This document shows positions 1-8,982 of a stretch of DNA of 64,000 nt, piece by piece (the first letter of the stretch is position 1; every line of letters begins with the position of its first letter). Below the pieces are notes generated by a model. That model was not told where the DNA came from, ran no database searches, and was given only the letters and a program-made list of their open reading frames with translations. The DNA is from Pseudomonadota bacterium (GTDB taxonomy: Bacteria > Pseudomonadota > Alphaproteobacteria > Sphingomonadales > SMXR01). The stretch is taken from NCBI GenBank assembly GCA_022566895.1, contig JADFIA010000009.1, positions 3,925-67,924 of the forward strand, given 5' to 3'. Both the position numbers and the translations under genes were made by a program.

Positions 1-405
1 GTCGAAGCGGCTGAATTGCCGCCCGCCGAACAGCCGATCGAGGAGCCGGTGATCGAAAAGGAAAGCCTGCCGCCGGGCCGCACCAAGTCCCCTCAGCCTC
101 CGGTGACCGGGAGCCGTGAGGAAGCGCCGGTGGAAATCGAACAGGATCCTGGCGAAACGCCGCCGCTGACCCCGAGCCGTAACCAGGGCGGCGAGGAGCC
201 GGCCGAAAATCCGCCGGCAGTGGTTGACGAGGGACAGGGGGGTGCCGTGGCGCCGGGCGGGCCGCCGGGGGCCGAAATCGAAACTCCGCCGTCCGCGAGC
301 GTGGAGGTCCCCGAGGGGGTCGGCGAGAAAAAGAAAGATGAAAAAGAAAAGGACGAAGCAGAAGAAGAGGAAGAGAAAAAAGAACCGCCACCGTTGCGAA
401 ATTGA
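1..405 (+). CDS. 3' end of an upstream gene: Pro/Glu-rich low-complexity C-terminal tail (partial)
   Basis: Frame 1 is open from base 1 to TGA at 403-405. It is acidic and Pro-rich with coding-like codons, and lies just upstream of the kinase gene on the same strand. Confidence 0.7.
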   Translation, partial: VEAAELPPAEQPIEEPVIEKESLPPGRTKSPQPPVTGSREEAPVEIEQDPGETPPLTPSRNQGGEEPAENPPAVVDEGQGGAVAPGGPPGAEIETPPSASVEVPEGVGEKKKDEKEKDEAEEEEEKKEPPPLRN

Positions 406-454
406 TTGCGGCCGGCATTGAGGCCGGCCGGATGCCGATTGAATGGAGAAAGTC

Positions 455-3373
455 ATGGCCCAGACCCATAGAGCCGCCTTGCCGGAAGGTACGCGCGTAG
501 AGGAGTTCGAGTTCCACCGGATTCTCGGGCACGGCGGCTTCGGGATCACCTATCTGGGCTGGGACCTGCATTTGGACATGGCGGTCGCGATTAAGGAATT
601 TCTGCCCACAGATCTGGTGATCCGGGAAGGCGGAATATCGGTGCTGCCCAGGACCGAAAGCGACCGCGAGGATTACGAGTGGGGCCTCGACAGGTTCCTT
701 GACGAAGCGCGCATCCTGGCTCGCTTCAAGCATCATAATATCATTCAGGTGCATCGCTTTTTCCGGGCCCATGGCACGGCCTATATCGTCATGGAGTACG
801 CCGAGGGCGAAACCCTTAGTGACCACCTGGATAGCCAGGGACCGCTTTCGCAAAGCGATATCGAGGGCATTATCTTCCCGTTGCTTGAAGGGCTGGGGAT
901 GGTGCACGGCGCCTCGTTCCTGCACCGCGACATCAAACCCGGAAATATTATCATTCGCGATGACGGTTCGCCGGTGCTCATAGATTTCGGGGCGGCCCGT
1001 CAGGCCATCGGCGTCAAATCACGCTCGGTGACCTCGATTGTTACGCCGGGATATGCGCCGATCGAGCAGTATTCGACCAAGGGCAATCAGGGTCCGTGGA
1101 CGGATATCTATGCCCTTGGAGGGGTGGCCTACAAGTGCCTCACCGGTCACGCCCCGGTCGATGCCGCCGAGCGGGTTCAGGACGACCCATTGATTGGCTG
1201 GACCAACGAGATCAGGAATGTCGAGCCGCAGTTCCTGCAGGCCATTGACTGGGCCTTGGCCTTCAAGCAGTCCGAGCGGCCGCAGTCGATTATGGAATGG
1301 CGGGCGGCACTCGAGGGGCGAACCGTGCCGGCCGGCCAGCGGACTGCCCGTGAAGATGCGGGCCGCACAGATTACGAGCCGGCCGAGCCCAAACCGCGGC
1401 GGCCAAAGAAATCCGGCGGATCAGCCACCAAGTGGATCATAAGCGGCCTGGTCGGCACCTTCGCGGCAATCCTGGTCGGTCTCTATTTGTGGATTCAGCC
1501 CGGCTCGAGAGACCTGTTGAATGAGGCCAATTTTTACCTAGAGGCCATGGGATACAATCCGGGCGCCGAGACCGAGCGCCTGACGCTACAGCTCGAAAGA
1601 GCGGTCAAGGAGTTCGAGCGCGACAATGGCCTGTTCGAAAGCGGCGATGTAGACCGGCCGCTGATTGCCCGCCTAAGGGCCAAATTCGCCGAGCTCGACA
1701 ACCAGGCCTGGAGGGCCGCGGTGGCGACCGGGACCGGGCCGGCCTATGAACAGTACAGAAGCGATTTTCCGAACGGCGCCCACGTCGGCGATGTCGAGGC
1801 GGCAATTGACGACGCCGCCTGGCGGGCCGCCCTGGCGGCCGGATCGGCGCATGAAATAGAGCATTACCAGCGCGAATTTCCCAACGGCCGGCACATCGCG
1901 GAAGCCAAGGGCGCCCTCGACGATGCGGCTTGGGCCGAAGCTGTGGCGGCGGGTAGCGAAGCGGCGCTCGAGGCGTATGCGCGTCGCTTCCCGAACGGCA
2001 GGAATATCTCGAAGGTGGCTGCGGCCAAGGACCAGATGGCCTGGCGGCGGGCCGACAGCAGCGGCACCCGGCAGGCCTATGAGGGCTACAAGGCCGCCTT
2101 TCCGAACGGCCGCTTCGTGGCCCAGGCCGATCGCCGGATCTCGGATATGGCCCAGGCAGCTCTGATCCGTTCGATTCAGACCGAGTTGCGCCGGGTCGGC
2201 CATCTGCGGTCAATTGCGGATGGGGTTTTGGGCCCCACCACGGTGGCCGCGATCAAGTCTTTCCAGGGCGAGCAAGGACTGGTTGCCGACGGCCGGGTCA
2301 CCCAGAGGCTTCTTGAACGTCTGCGCAACACGACGGTCAAGAATGTGTGGATCGTGGCCAAGGATGGTAGCGGTGACGTGAGGACCATCGGCGAGGCCCT
2401 GCGGGTCATTCCCGATGGCGGCCGCATTCGCATCAAGGCCGGGGTTTATCAGGAATCCCTGCGGCTTAACCGCACGGTCCACCTCGAGGGGATCGGTGAC
2501 CGCAACAATGTGATCGTCGAATCGAGCGGCGAGGATACCGTAGTCATCACCGGCGGTGCGGGCAGCATCACCAACATGACGCTGCGCTACGTTGGCAGCG
2601 CCAGCGGCCGTAACGTCCTCGAGATCACCGGCGGCAACTGGCTGTTGGAAGGCAACGATCTCAGAAACACCATCTCGACGGTGATTTTCATCAAAGGGGG
2701 TTCGCCGCGTTTCCGCCGCAACCGGATCCACGATTCGCCGTGGAACGGCTTTAATATCAAGAGTTCAGGTTCGATTGTCATCGAGAGCAACGAGATTTTC
2801 GCGCTCGACAATCCGGCCATCTGGATTGGCGGCTCGTCGCGTGTGACGGTGCGCAACAATACGATCTATGCCATTCCCGCGAACGGGATTTTCGTCGGCG
2901 ACGAGGCCACCGCGACGATTACCAATAACGACATAACAGGGACCGAAAAACCGGCCATCTGGGTCGGCGGAACCTCGTTCTCGACGGTCACCGGCAACCG
3001 CATCCATCATCTGCCGAGCAACGGCATATACATCGGTGAATCGGCCAGGGGAACCTTCGAAAATAACGATGTCTACTTTACCGAAAAGCCGGGAATCTGG
3101 GTTGGCGGCGACGCCGAGCCGAGGGTCATAGGCAACCGGATCCATGATGTTGAAGGCAACGGGATCAATATCCAGGGCAACGCACGCGGCGAATTCAGAA
3201 ACAACGATATCTGGAACACCGGCAACAAGGCCAAAAACTACCCGGCCGTATTTATCGGCAAGGATGCCAACGTGGTCTTTTCCGGCAACAAGATCCACGG
3301 CAACGGCAACAACCAGATCTACATGGAAGAGGGCGGCCGCAGCCTGTTGCAAAACAACGATGTCAGATCCTAG
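455..3373 (+). CDS. Membrane Ser/Thr (Hanks-type) kinase: kinase-TM-PG-binding-4x37-aa helical repeats-PG-binding-parallel beta-helix
   Basis: Kinase motifs LGHGGFGITY, VAIKE, HRDIKPGN, DFG, GYAPIEQ, DIYALG. TM WIISGLVGTFAAILVGLYLWI follows a basic patch. PG-binding-like IQTELRRVG..DGVLGPTTVAAIKSFQ..GLVADG. Pectinesterase-like cap VAKDGSGDVRTIGEAL precedes N-x-I repeats. GGAG before ATG 455; alternative start 443. Confidence 0.9.
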   Translation: MAQTHRAALPEGTRVEEFEFHRILGHGGFGITYLGWDLHLDMAVAIKEFLPTDLVIREGGISVLPRTESDREDYEWGLDRFLDEARILARFKHHNIIQVHRFFRAHGTAYIVMEYAEGETLSDHLDSQGPLSQSDIEGIIFPLLEGLGMVHGASFLHRDIKPGNIIIRDDGSPVLIDFGAARQAIGVKSRSVTSIVTPGYAPIEQYSTKGNQGPWTDIYALGGVAYKCLTGHAPVDAAERVQDDPLIGWTNEIRNVEPQFLQAIDWALAFKQSERPQSIMEWRAALEGRTVPAGQRTAREDAGRTDYEPAEPKPRRPKKSGGSATKWIISGLVGTFAAILVGLYLWIQPGSRDLLNEANFYLEAMGYNPGAETERLTLQLERAVKEFERDNGLFESGDVDRPLIARLRAKFAELDNQAWRAAVATGTGPAYEQYRSDFPNGAHVGDVEAAIDDAAWRAALAAGSAHEIEHYQREFPNGRHIAEAKGALDDAAWAEAVAAGSEAALEAYARRFPNGRNISKVAAAKDQMAWRRADSSGTRQAYEGYKAAFPNGRFVAQADRRISDMAQAALIRSIQTELRRVGHLRSIADGVLGPTTVAAIKSFQGEQGLVADGRVTQRLLERLRNTTVKNVWIVAKDGSGDVRTIGEALRVIPDGGRIRIKAGVYQESLRLNRTVHLEGIGDRNNVIVESSGEDTVVITGGAGSITNMTLRYVGSASGRNVLEITGGNWLLEGNDLRNTISTVIFIKGGSPRFRRNRIHDSPWNGFNIKSSGSIVIESNEIFALDNPAIWIGGSSRVTVRNNTIYAIPANGIFVGDEATATITNNDITGTEKPAIWVGGTSFSTVTGNRIHHLPSNGIYIGESARGTFENNDVYFTEKPGIWVGGDAEPRVIGNRIHDVEGNGINIQGNARGEFRNNDIWNTGNKAKNYPAVFIGKDANVVFSGNKIHGNGNNQIYMEEGGRSLLQNNDVRS
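1697..2140 (+). repeat. Four tandem 111-bp (37-aa) intragenic repeats, consensus DxxAWxxA....AYExY...FPNG
   Basis: Units begin DNQAW, DDAAW, DDAAW and DQMAW; each is 37 aa and contains FPNG. Confidence 0.9.
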
Positions 3374-3416
3374 GAGAATGGCGGAGTGAGCCTAAGCAAG
3401 ACGGAAACATCGGGCC

Positions 3417-5948
3417 ATGGCTGAGCATGTCCACGCGCTTCCGAGAGGCTACCGCTTCGAGGAGTACGAGGTCGTAAGAGTTCTTGGCTCGGGCGGTTTC
3501 GGCATCACCTATCTTGCCTTTGACGACAATTTGGATAAGGCGGTGGCGATCAAGGAATATCTGCCCAGCGACCTGGCGATCCGCCACGCCAGCACGGTCA
3601 TACCGCGATCTTCTTCGGACGAGAATGACTTTCAATGGGGTCTCGAGCGCTTTCTGGACGAGGCCAAGACGCTGGCCCGCTTCAAGCACGACAATATCAT
3701 TCAGGTTCACCGGTTCTTCCGGGCCCATGGCACCGCCTATATCGTCATGGAATACGCCGAAGGGGCGACCCTGAGCAAGAAGTTGGTGACCCATGGGCCG
3801 TACGGGGAATCCGAGCTCAAGGACATGCTGTTGCCAATTATCGACGGTCTGAAAAAGGTGCATGCGGCCGAGTATCTGCACCGCGACATCAAGCCGGGCA
3901 ACATTATAATTCGCGTTGACGGGACACCGGTGCTGATCGATTTTGGTGCGGCCCGCCAAGCCATCGGCGCCAGGTCGCGCTCGGTCACCTCGATCATCTC
4001 GCCCGGCTATGCGCCGATCGAACAATATGCGTCCAAGGGCAATCAGGGGGCCTGGACGGATATCTATGCGCTTGGCGCCGTGGCCTACAAATGTATCACC
4101 GGCAATACGCCGATAGATGCCGCCGAGCGGGTCCTCGAAGACGACCTGAAACCGCTGGCCGAAACAATGCCGCCGGGATATTCGGACGAATTTCTCAGGG
4201 CGATTGATGCGGCGCTCCAGGTTAATGTGAAGGACCGCCCCAAAACCTTGCGCGCGTGGAAAGCCATGTTGCTCGGACACTCCGATCTGCTGAGCTTGAC
4301 GCGCAGCCACCGGGGCCGACGGCGCAAATCCAAACCCGATCCCAGAAAAGGCGCCGGCGGCGGCATCAATTACGGGCTCATCGCGGCGGTCACCGGAGTG
4401 CTCATCGTCGGCACCGCAGGCTTCGTATACTGGCAAAAAAGCAAGATCGACAGCCCAAGGACGCCGACCGCCACAGTATCGAGCGGGACGGAAAAACCGC
4501 CCGTTATAGCCGAGACGCCGGCCCCCGAGCCGATCAACAACCTGATCAGGCCGGTTCAGGTGGCGCTGAACAAGCTCGGATATCAGGTTGCGGAATCGGG
4601 CGTTATCGACACCCGGACACAGGCGGCTATTCGCGAGTTCGAACGTCAAAACGGTCTGGTTCTGACCGGCGCCGCGGATCAGGTTCTGCTCGACGCCCTC
4701 AGCCGAGCGGTTTTGGAGCGCGATCAGGATGAAGCCGACTGGCGGCGCGCCAAGGTCAGCGATACCATTGCGGCTTATGAAAATTACAAGCGCCTTCGAT
4801 CACGAGGCGCCCACGTTGCGGACGCCGACACGCGCATCGCCGCCTTGCAGCGGGTGCGACTGATACGGGATATCCAAACCGAACTGGTGCGTCTCGGCTG
4901 GTTGCGGGGCGGTATCGACGGTGCCATGGGGCCGGCTACCGTTTCAGCCATCCAAAACTTCCAGCGCGCCGACCTTCTGACCGTCGATGGCCGGCCAAGC
5001 CAGAATCTATTGCAACGGCTTAAGGGGGCTTTGCTGCGGGCCTATGTAGTGGCCAAAGACGGCACCGGCGATTTCTCGACGATCGCCGCGGCCATCAAGG
5101 CTGCAGCGGCCGGATCCCGCATTGAAATTCACCCTGGAACCTATAGTGAATCGCTGAAAATCAGCAAGACGGTGCACTTGATAGGGGTTGGCAGCCGCAG
5201 CCAGATTATTCTTGAGACAACGGGAAGCCGGGCGATCACGATCAATAACGGTTCGGGCAGCGTAAAGAACCTGACAATCCGCTACGTCGGCACGGGCAAG
5301 AACTACTTTACAGTTCATATTGACGGCGGCACCTGGCTGATCGAAAACAACGACCTGACAAATAATAGCGAGGTTGCGGTGATTGCAGTGGCCAGTGGAA
5401 ATCCGACCGTGACCCGCAACGTCATCCACGATTTCGCCTCAGAGGGGATTTGGATACAAGCGACCTCGACCGGTAGCTATACGAACAATTCGATATACGG
5501 AGGTGGCGGCACCTTGGTGCTGGTCGAAGGGACTTCGGATCCCTTCTTTTCGGGCAACCGGTTGCATTCGGCAATAACCGCGATCGAAGTGCGGGACGAC
5601 GCTCAGGGACGATTTGAAAACAACGACATAAAGGCTCGGGTCAAGGTCCGCGATCAGGCCAAGCCAACATTCCGCAATAATGACATTCACGACGTGGAAG
5701 GCAACGCGATCAATATCAAAGGCATTGGCGGCGGCCTTTTCGAGACCAACAATGTTTACGATTCGGGCATCAAAGAGGATAAAAACTTCCCGTCCATCTG
5801 GGTGAGCAAGGAATCGACCGCCCGGTTCATCCGCAATCGGGTGTACGGCACCGGTTGGCCCGACATTTATTTGGAATGCGAAACCGTTTCCAACGAATGT
5901 CAAGTCGCAAACAAGAGTGTCTTGAGCGGCAATGATATAAGATCGTGA
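3417..5948 (+). CDS. Paralogous membrane Ser/Thr kinase: kinase-TM-PG-binding-single helical repeat-PG-binding-beta-helix
   Basis: Kinase motifs LGSGGFGITY, VAIKE, HRDIKPGN, DFG, GYAPIEQ. TM YGLIAAVTGVLIVGTAGFVYW. PG-binding-like segments VQVALNKLGY..TQAAIREFE and IQTELVRLG..TVSAIQNFQ. VAKDGTGDFSTIAAAI cap followed by beta-helix repeats. Confidence 0.9.
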   Translation: MAEHVHALPRGYRFEEYEVVRVLGSGGFGITYLAFDDNLDKAVAIKEYLPSDLAIRHASTVIPRSSSDENDFQWGLERFLDEAKTLARFKHDNIIQVHRFFRAHGTAYIVMEYAEGATLSKKLVTHGPYGESELKDMLLPIIDGLKKVHAAEYLHRDIKPGNIIIRVDGTPVLIDFGAARQAIGARSRSVTSIISPGYAPIEQYASKGNQGAWTDIYALGAVAYKCITGNTPIDAAERVLEDDLKPLAETMPPGYSDEFLRAIDAALQVNVKDRPKTLRAWKAMLLGHSDLLSLTRSHRGRRRKSKPDPRKGAGGGINYGLIAAVTGVLIVGTAGFVYWQKSKIDSPRTPTATVSSGTEKPPVIAETPAPEPINNLIRPVQVALNKLGYQVAESGVIDTRTQAAIREFERQNGLVLTGAADQVLLDALSRAVLERDQDEADWRRAKVSDTIAAYENYKRLRSRGAHVADADTRIAALQRVRLIRDIQTELVRLGWLRGGIDGAMGPATVSAIQNFQRADLLTVDGRPSQNLLQRLKGALLRAYVVAKDGTGDFSTIAAAIKAAAAGSRIEIHPGTYSESLKISKTVHLIGVGSRSQIILETTGSRAITINNGSGSVKNLTIRYVGTGKNYFTVHIDGGTWLIENNDLTNNSEVAVIAVASGNPTVTRNVIHDFASEGIWIQATSTGSYTNNSIYGGGGTLVLVEGTSDPFFSGNRLHSAITAIEVRDDAQGRFENNDIKARVKVRDQAKPTFRNNDIHDVEGNAINIKGIGGGLFETNNVYDSGIKEDKNFPSIWVSKESTARFIRNRVYGTGWPDIYLECETVSNECQVANKSVLSGNDIRS

Positions 5949-5988
5949 TGCCGGGCCGGCGAGGTGGGAATTTGGAGCAGGGACGATA

Positions 5989-7536
5989 ATGATGCACAAT
6001 TTATTCAGGGCTATTCTGGTAGCGCTTCTTTTCGCTTCAACCGGCGCTGTCGCGCATACATTTGATCCCGTCAAAGCGGCCCAAAGTATCGTCAAGGTCG
6101 TGACCTATCGGGGCGAAAATGTGTTGCGCGAGGGCACCGGTGTGGTGGTTGATGTTGGAGGTGTCGTCCTCACCAACTGGCATCTGACCGATCGCGGCGA
6201 CCGGGTGAGCGTGATCAGCCTGGTAACCGGCGCCGAATTGGCGGCCGAGATCACGGTCGAGGACGAGGATTTGGATATTGCCATCCTCAAGGTCGCCGGC
6301 TTCGGAGCGCCGCCCCTGTTTTTTAGTGCCAGACCGGCTGCCGAGGCCGACATAGTTTGGTCCTTCGGCAGCTGGGAGGGCCAAGGCCCCAGCGCTGGTG
6401 CGCTGCCCATCGATACAGCGACCGGGGCGGTCGGAACTTTGACCGAGCTGGAGATCGACCGGGATCGGACGACAAACTTCCTGATCCACAATGCGCTGAT
6501 CCTCCGTCAGGGGTACGGCGGACCCTTGGTGAATGCGTGCGGTGAAATCGTCGGCCTCAATCGGCCCGATCCGGCGCTGAGTAACCGCCGGGTCCGGCAG
6601 GGTGTCGATCCCGATCAGGCGGTCTACGCACTCACCGCGGCGACCCTGCGGGAGTTTCTGCTGGCCCACGATGTGCAACCGAATTTGGCCACCAACAACT
6701 GCCTGACCGAAAATGAAAGGGCCACCCTGAGCAAGGAACAGGCCGAGGCCGAGAAAGCCGAAGCCGAACGCTCTGCAGCGACCGCCCAAGTGGCGGCCGA
6801 AGCGGCTGAGAAGCGGGCTCAGCAGCTTGAGCGCAAGGCCCTCGAAGCCCAACTACAGGCTGAAACGTCGTCCGAAGACAAGCGGCGGGCGCAGGAAGCA
6901 GCGCGCCGGGCCCGGGCCGAGGCCCAAAGAAAGGCCATAGAGGCCAACCAGCTGCAGTCCCGGGCCGAGCAACTTGAAAGGCGAATCGGGGAGGCCGAGC
7001 AAGCCGCCAAGGTGGCCTTGGATGCCGAAGCCAAATCCCGCCGGCGCCTTTATATCGGGCTCGGCGTGGCGGCGGCGGTCATTCTTTTGCTCGGGCTGAT
7101 CAGCATGATCGTGATCAGGCGGCGTTCGCGGGCCATATCCGAGGTTGAGAGCGAAGTTGAAGCTGTCAAGGTCGAGGCCGCCATGGCCCGCGCCGAGGCC
7201 GCCGCCGCCGTGCCCTCGGTGTGGAACGATTGCCTTCTCGAAGGGGCGCCGGTCAGCCTGAAGCTTCCCGGTACCGCCATGCCGGCCGAGGTTGGCGGAG
7301 TCGTGGTCGGCCGCCATCCAAGCAGCTCAACCGTGGTGTTTGACGAGGCCTCGATTTCGCGTTCGCACGTCCGTTTCTATGCCAGCGGCGACGAAGTTTT
7401 CGTCGAGGATCTCGATTCAACGAATGGCACCATGGTCGAGGGCGAAAAGCTGGAGCCCAATACGCCGCGCAAGATTGCCGACGGCCAGACGGTTACGCTT
7501 GGCCGACACGAGTTTATTTTCAGGATTTTGAGTTAA
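5989..7536 (+). CDS. Signal peptide-trypsin-like domain (catalytic Ser absent)-long coiled coil-TM-FHA protein
   Basis: Signal peptide ending AVA. TNWH and LDIAIL are present, but RQGYGGPL replaces GNSGGPL. Ala/Glu/Arg-rich helix; TM LYIGLGVAAAVILLLGLISMIVI followed by RRRSR. FHA motifs GR..ISRSH..DLDSTNGT. Confidence 0.85.
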   Translation: MMHNLFRAILVALLFASTGAVAHTFDPVKAAQSIVKVVTYRGENVLREGTGVVVDVGGVVLTNWHLTDRGDRVSVISLVTGAELAAEITVEDEDLDIAILKVAGFGAPPLFFSARPAAEADIVWSFGSWEGQGPSAGALPIDTATGAVGTLTELEIDRDRTTNFLIHNALILRQGYGGPLVNACGEIVGLNRPDPALSNRRVRQGVDPDQAVYALTAATLREFLLAHDVQPNLATNNCLTENERATLSKEQAEAEKAEAERSAATAQVAAEAAEKRAQQLERKALEAQLQAETSSEDKRRAQEAARRARAEAQRKAIEANQLQSRAEQLERRIGEAEQAAKVALDAEAKSRRRLYIGLGVAAAVILLLGLISMIVIRRRSRAISEVESEVEAVKVEAAMARAEAAAAVPSVWNDCLLEGAPVSLKLPGTAMPAEVGGVVVGRHPSSSTVVFDEASISRSHVRFYASGDEVFVEDLDSTNGTMVEGEKLEPNTPRKIADGQTVTLGRHEFIFRILS

Positions 7537-7546
7537 GGGGACGTTC

Positions 7547-8938
7547 ATGCGCGAAACGATTGGTCGGTTCTTGATCGGTGGCGTTGCTCTTGTTGGTGCA
7601 GCGTTGCTGGTGGATGCCGGACCGGCGTCCGCCCAGGCGATCGACATAGAAAAGGTCGAGCAGGGCGTGGTGCGTGTGCGGGCGGATTTCAGCCAGGGCT
7701 ACAGCATGGGCACCGGCTTTGTTATTAATGCTCAAGGTTACATCGCCACCAATTGGCACGTCATAAGTATTGACGGCAATTTCTCCGATCGTATCTCGAT
7801 CTATCCCAGCAATTCGGCCGAGCAAATTCCGGTGCAGCGGATTTGGGCCTCGAGCGCGCTTGATCTGGCGATTCTTCGGGTTGGCAGCAATTTCGGCCGG
7901 CCCGCGGTTCCACTGGCCACGGTGCTGCCAGACAAGGGACAGGAAGTCTTTGCGCTCGGATTTCCCGGCGTCGCGGCAAATTGGGGAAGTCCACATGTGG
8001 CGACGGTGACTCGAGGAGTTTTAAGCCGGGCTATTATCGGCAGCTGGGGCCGGGGGGGTCGGTTTAGGCTGGTCCAGCATTCGGCGCAAATCAACAAGGG
8101 CAACTCTGGCGGCCCGTTGTTCGACCAATGCGGGCGGGTGATCGGGGTCAATACTCAGGGGCCGTTCATAACCGTCATCAGAAACGGCCAGCCGGTAACG
8201 ATTCCAACCGGCACCGGCGTTTTCGTGGCCTCACAAATTACCGCCTTGATCGGCGAGCTGAGGTCGCAGAATATCCCGTTTATTGAAGTGAGCAGCAGTT
8301 GTGAAGGGGCTGGCGGCCTGGGTCCGGCGGCGCTAGAGCAACTTGAAGAGACCAGGCGCAAGCTCAGTAGTACCCAGGCGGAAATTGAGCGTACCCGCCT
8401 CGAGGCCTTGCAAGCCGATGAGCGATTGGATGCCCTTATTCGCCAACTTTTCATCTGGGGGCCGATTCTCGGACTGCTTATTATCGCCGCGATCGTGCTG
8501 GCGCTGCGCAAACCCAGAGAGCGGGTCGTGCAGGTGGTCAGGGGGTACAGCGAACAGATATCGCGCCGCCTTAGCAAACCGGCCGAGAGACCCTCGCGCA
8601 GCGGCGGCCCACCGCGCTCGGGGCTTTGTTTTGCCGGCTTTGACACCAACGGTTCGCCGGTTCGCCTGACCGTGGAAGGTGGCCGGCTGGCCACCAATGC
8701 CGGGATCGTGGTCGGCCGGCATCCCGACCTGACGGATATCGTGGTTGGCGACGGCGGCGTCTCGCGCCGTCATATACGCCTACGCCGCCATGACCACCGA
8801 ATGTGGCTTGAGGATCTGAATACAACCAACGGCACGAAGCTTAACCGGCGGCCTTTGGCTCCTTTCAAGCCGGTCGAGATTCGCGCTGGTGACCAAATTG
8901 GTCTGGGCAGGATGGAGCTTTCGGTATCGCGTCTTTGA
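7547..8938 (+). CDS. Signal peptide-trypsin-like serine protease-coiled coil-TM-FHA protein
   Basis: Catalytic triad motifs TNWHV, LDLAIL, GNSGGPL. TM FIWGPILGLLIIAAIVLAL followed by RKPR. FHA motifs GR..VSRRH..DLNTTNGT. Confidence 0.9.
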   Translation: MRETIGRFLIGGVALVGAALLVDAGPASAQAIDIEKVEQGVVRVRADFSQGYSMGTGFVINAQGYIATNWHVISIDGNFSDRISIYPSNSAEQIPVQRIWASSALDLAILRVGSNFGRPAVPLATVLPDKGQEVFALGFPGVAANWGSPHVATVTRGVLSRAIIGSWGRGGRFRLVQHSAQINKGNSGGPLFDQCGRVIGVNTQGPFITVIRNGQPVTIPTGTGVFVASQITALIGELRSQNIPFIEVSSSCEGAGGLGPAALEQLEETRRKLSSTQAEIERTRLEALQADERLDALIRQLFIWGPILGLLIIAAIVLALRKPRERVVQVVRGYSEQISRRLSKPAERPSRSGGPPRSGLCFAGFDTNGSPVRLTVEGGRLATNAGIVVGRHPDLTDIVVGDGGVSRRHIRLRRHDHRMWLEDLNTTNGTKLNRRPLAPFKPVEIRAGDQIGLGRMELSVSRL

Positions 8939-8982
8939 TCCCGATCTCGGAGTGAGCTGGACGGTCGGCAAGGGGGAAAGCG

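Noticed and set aside
3363-4649. Long antisense ORFs (this one, 10448..11716, 30310..32274, 60186..61127 and others)
   Set aside because: Shadow ORFs opposite well-supported genes, expected in high-GC DNA; no recognisable motifs.
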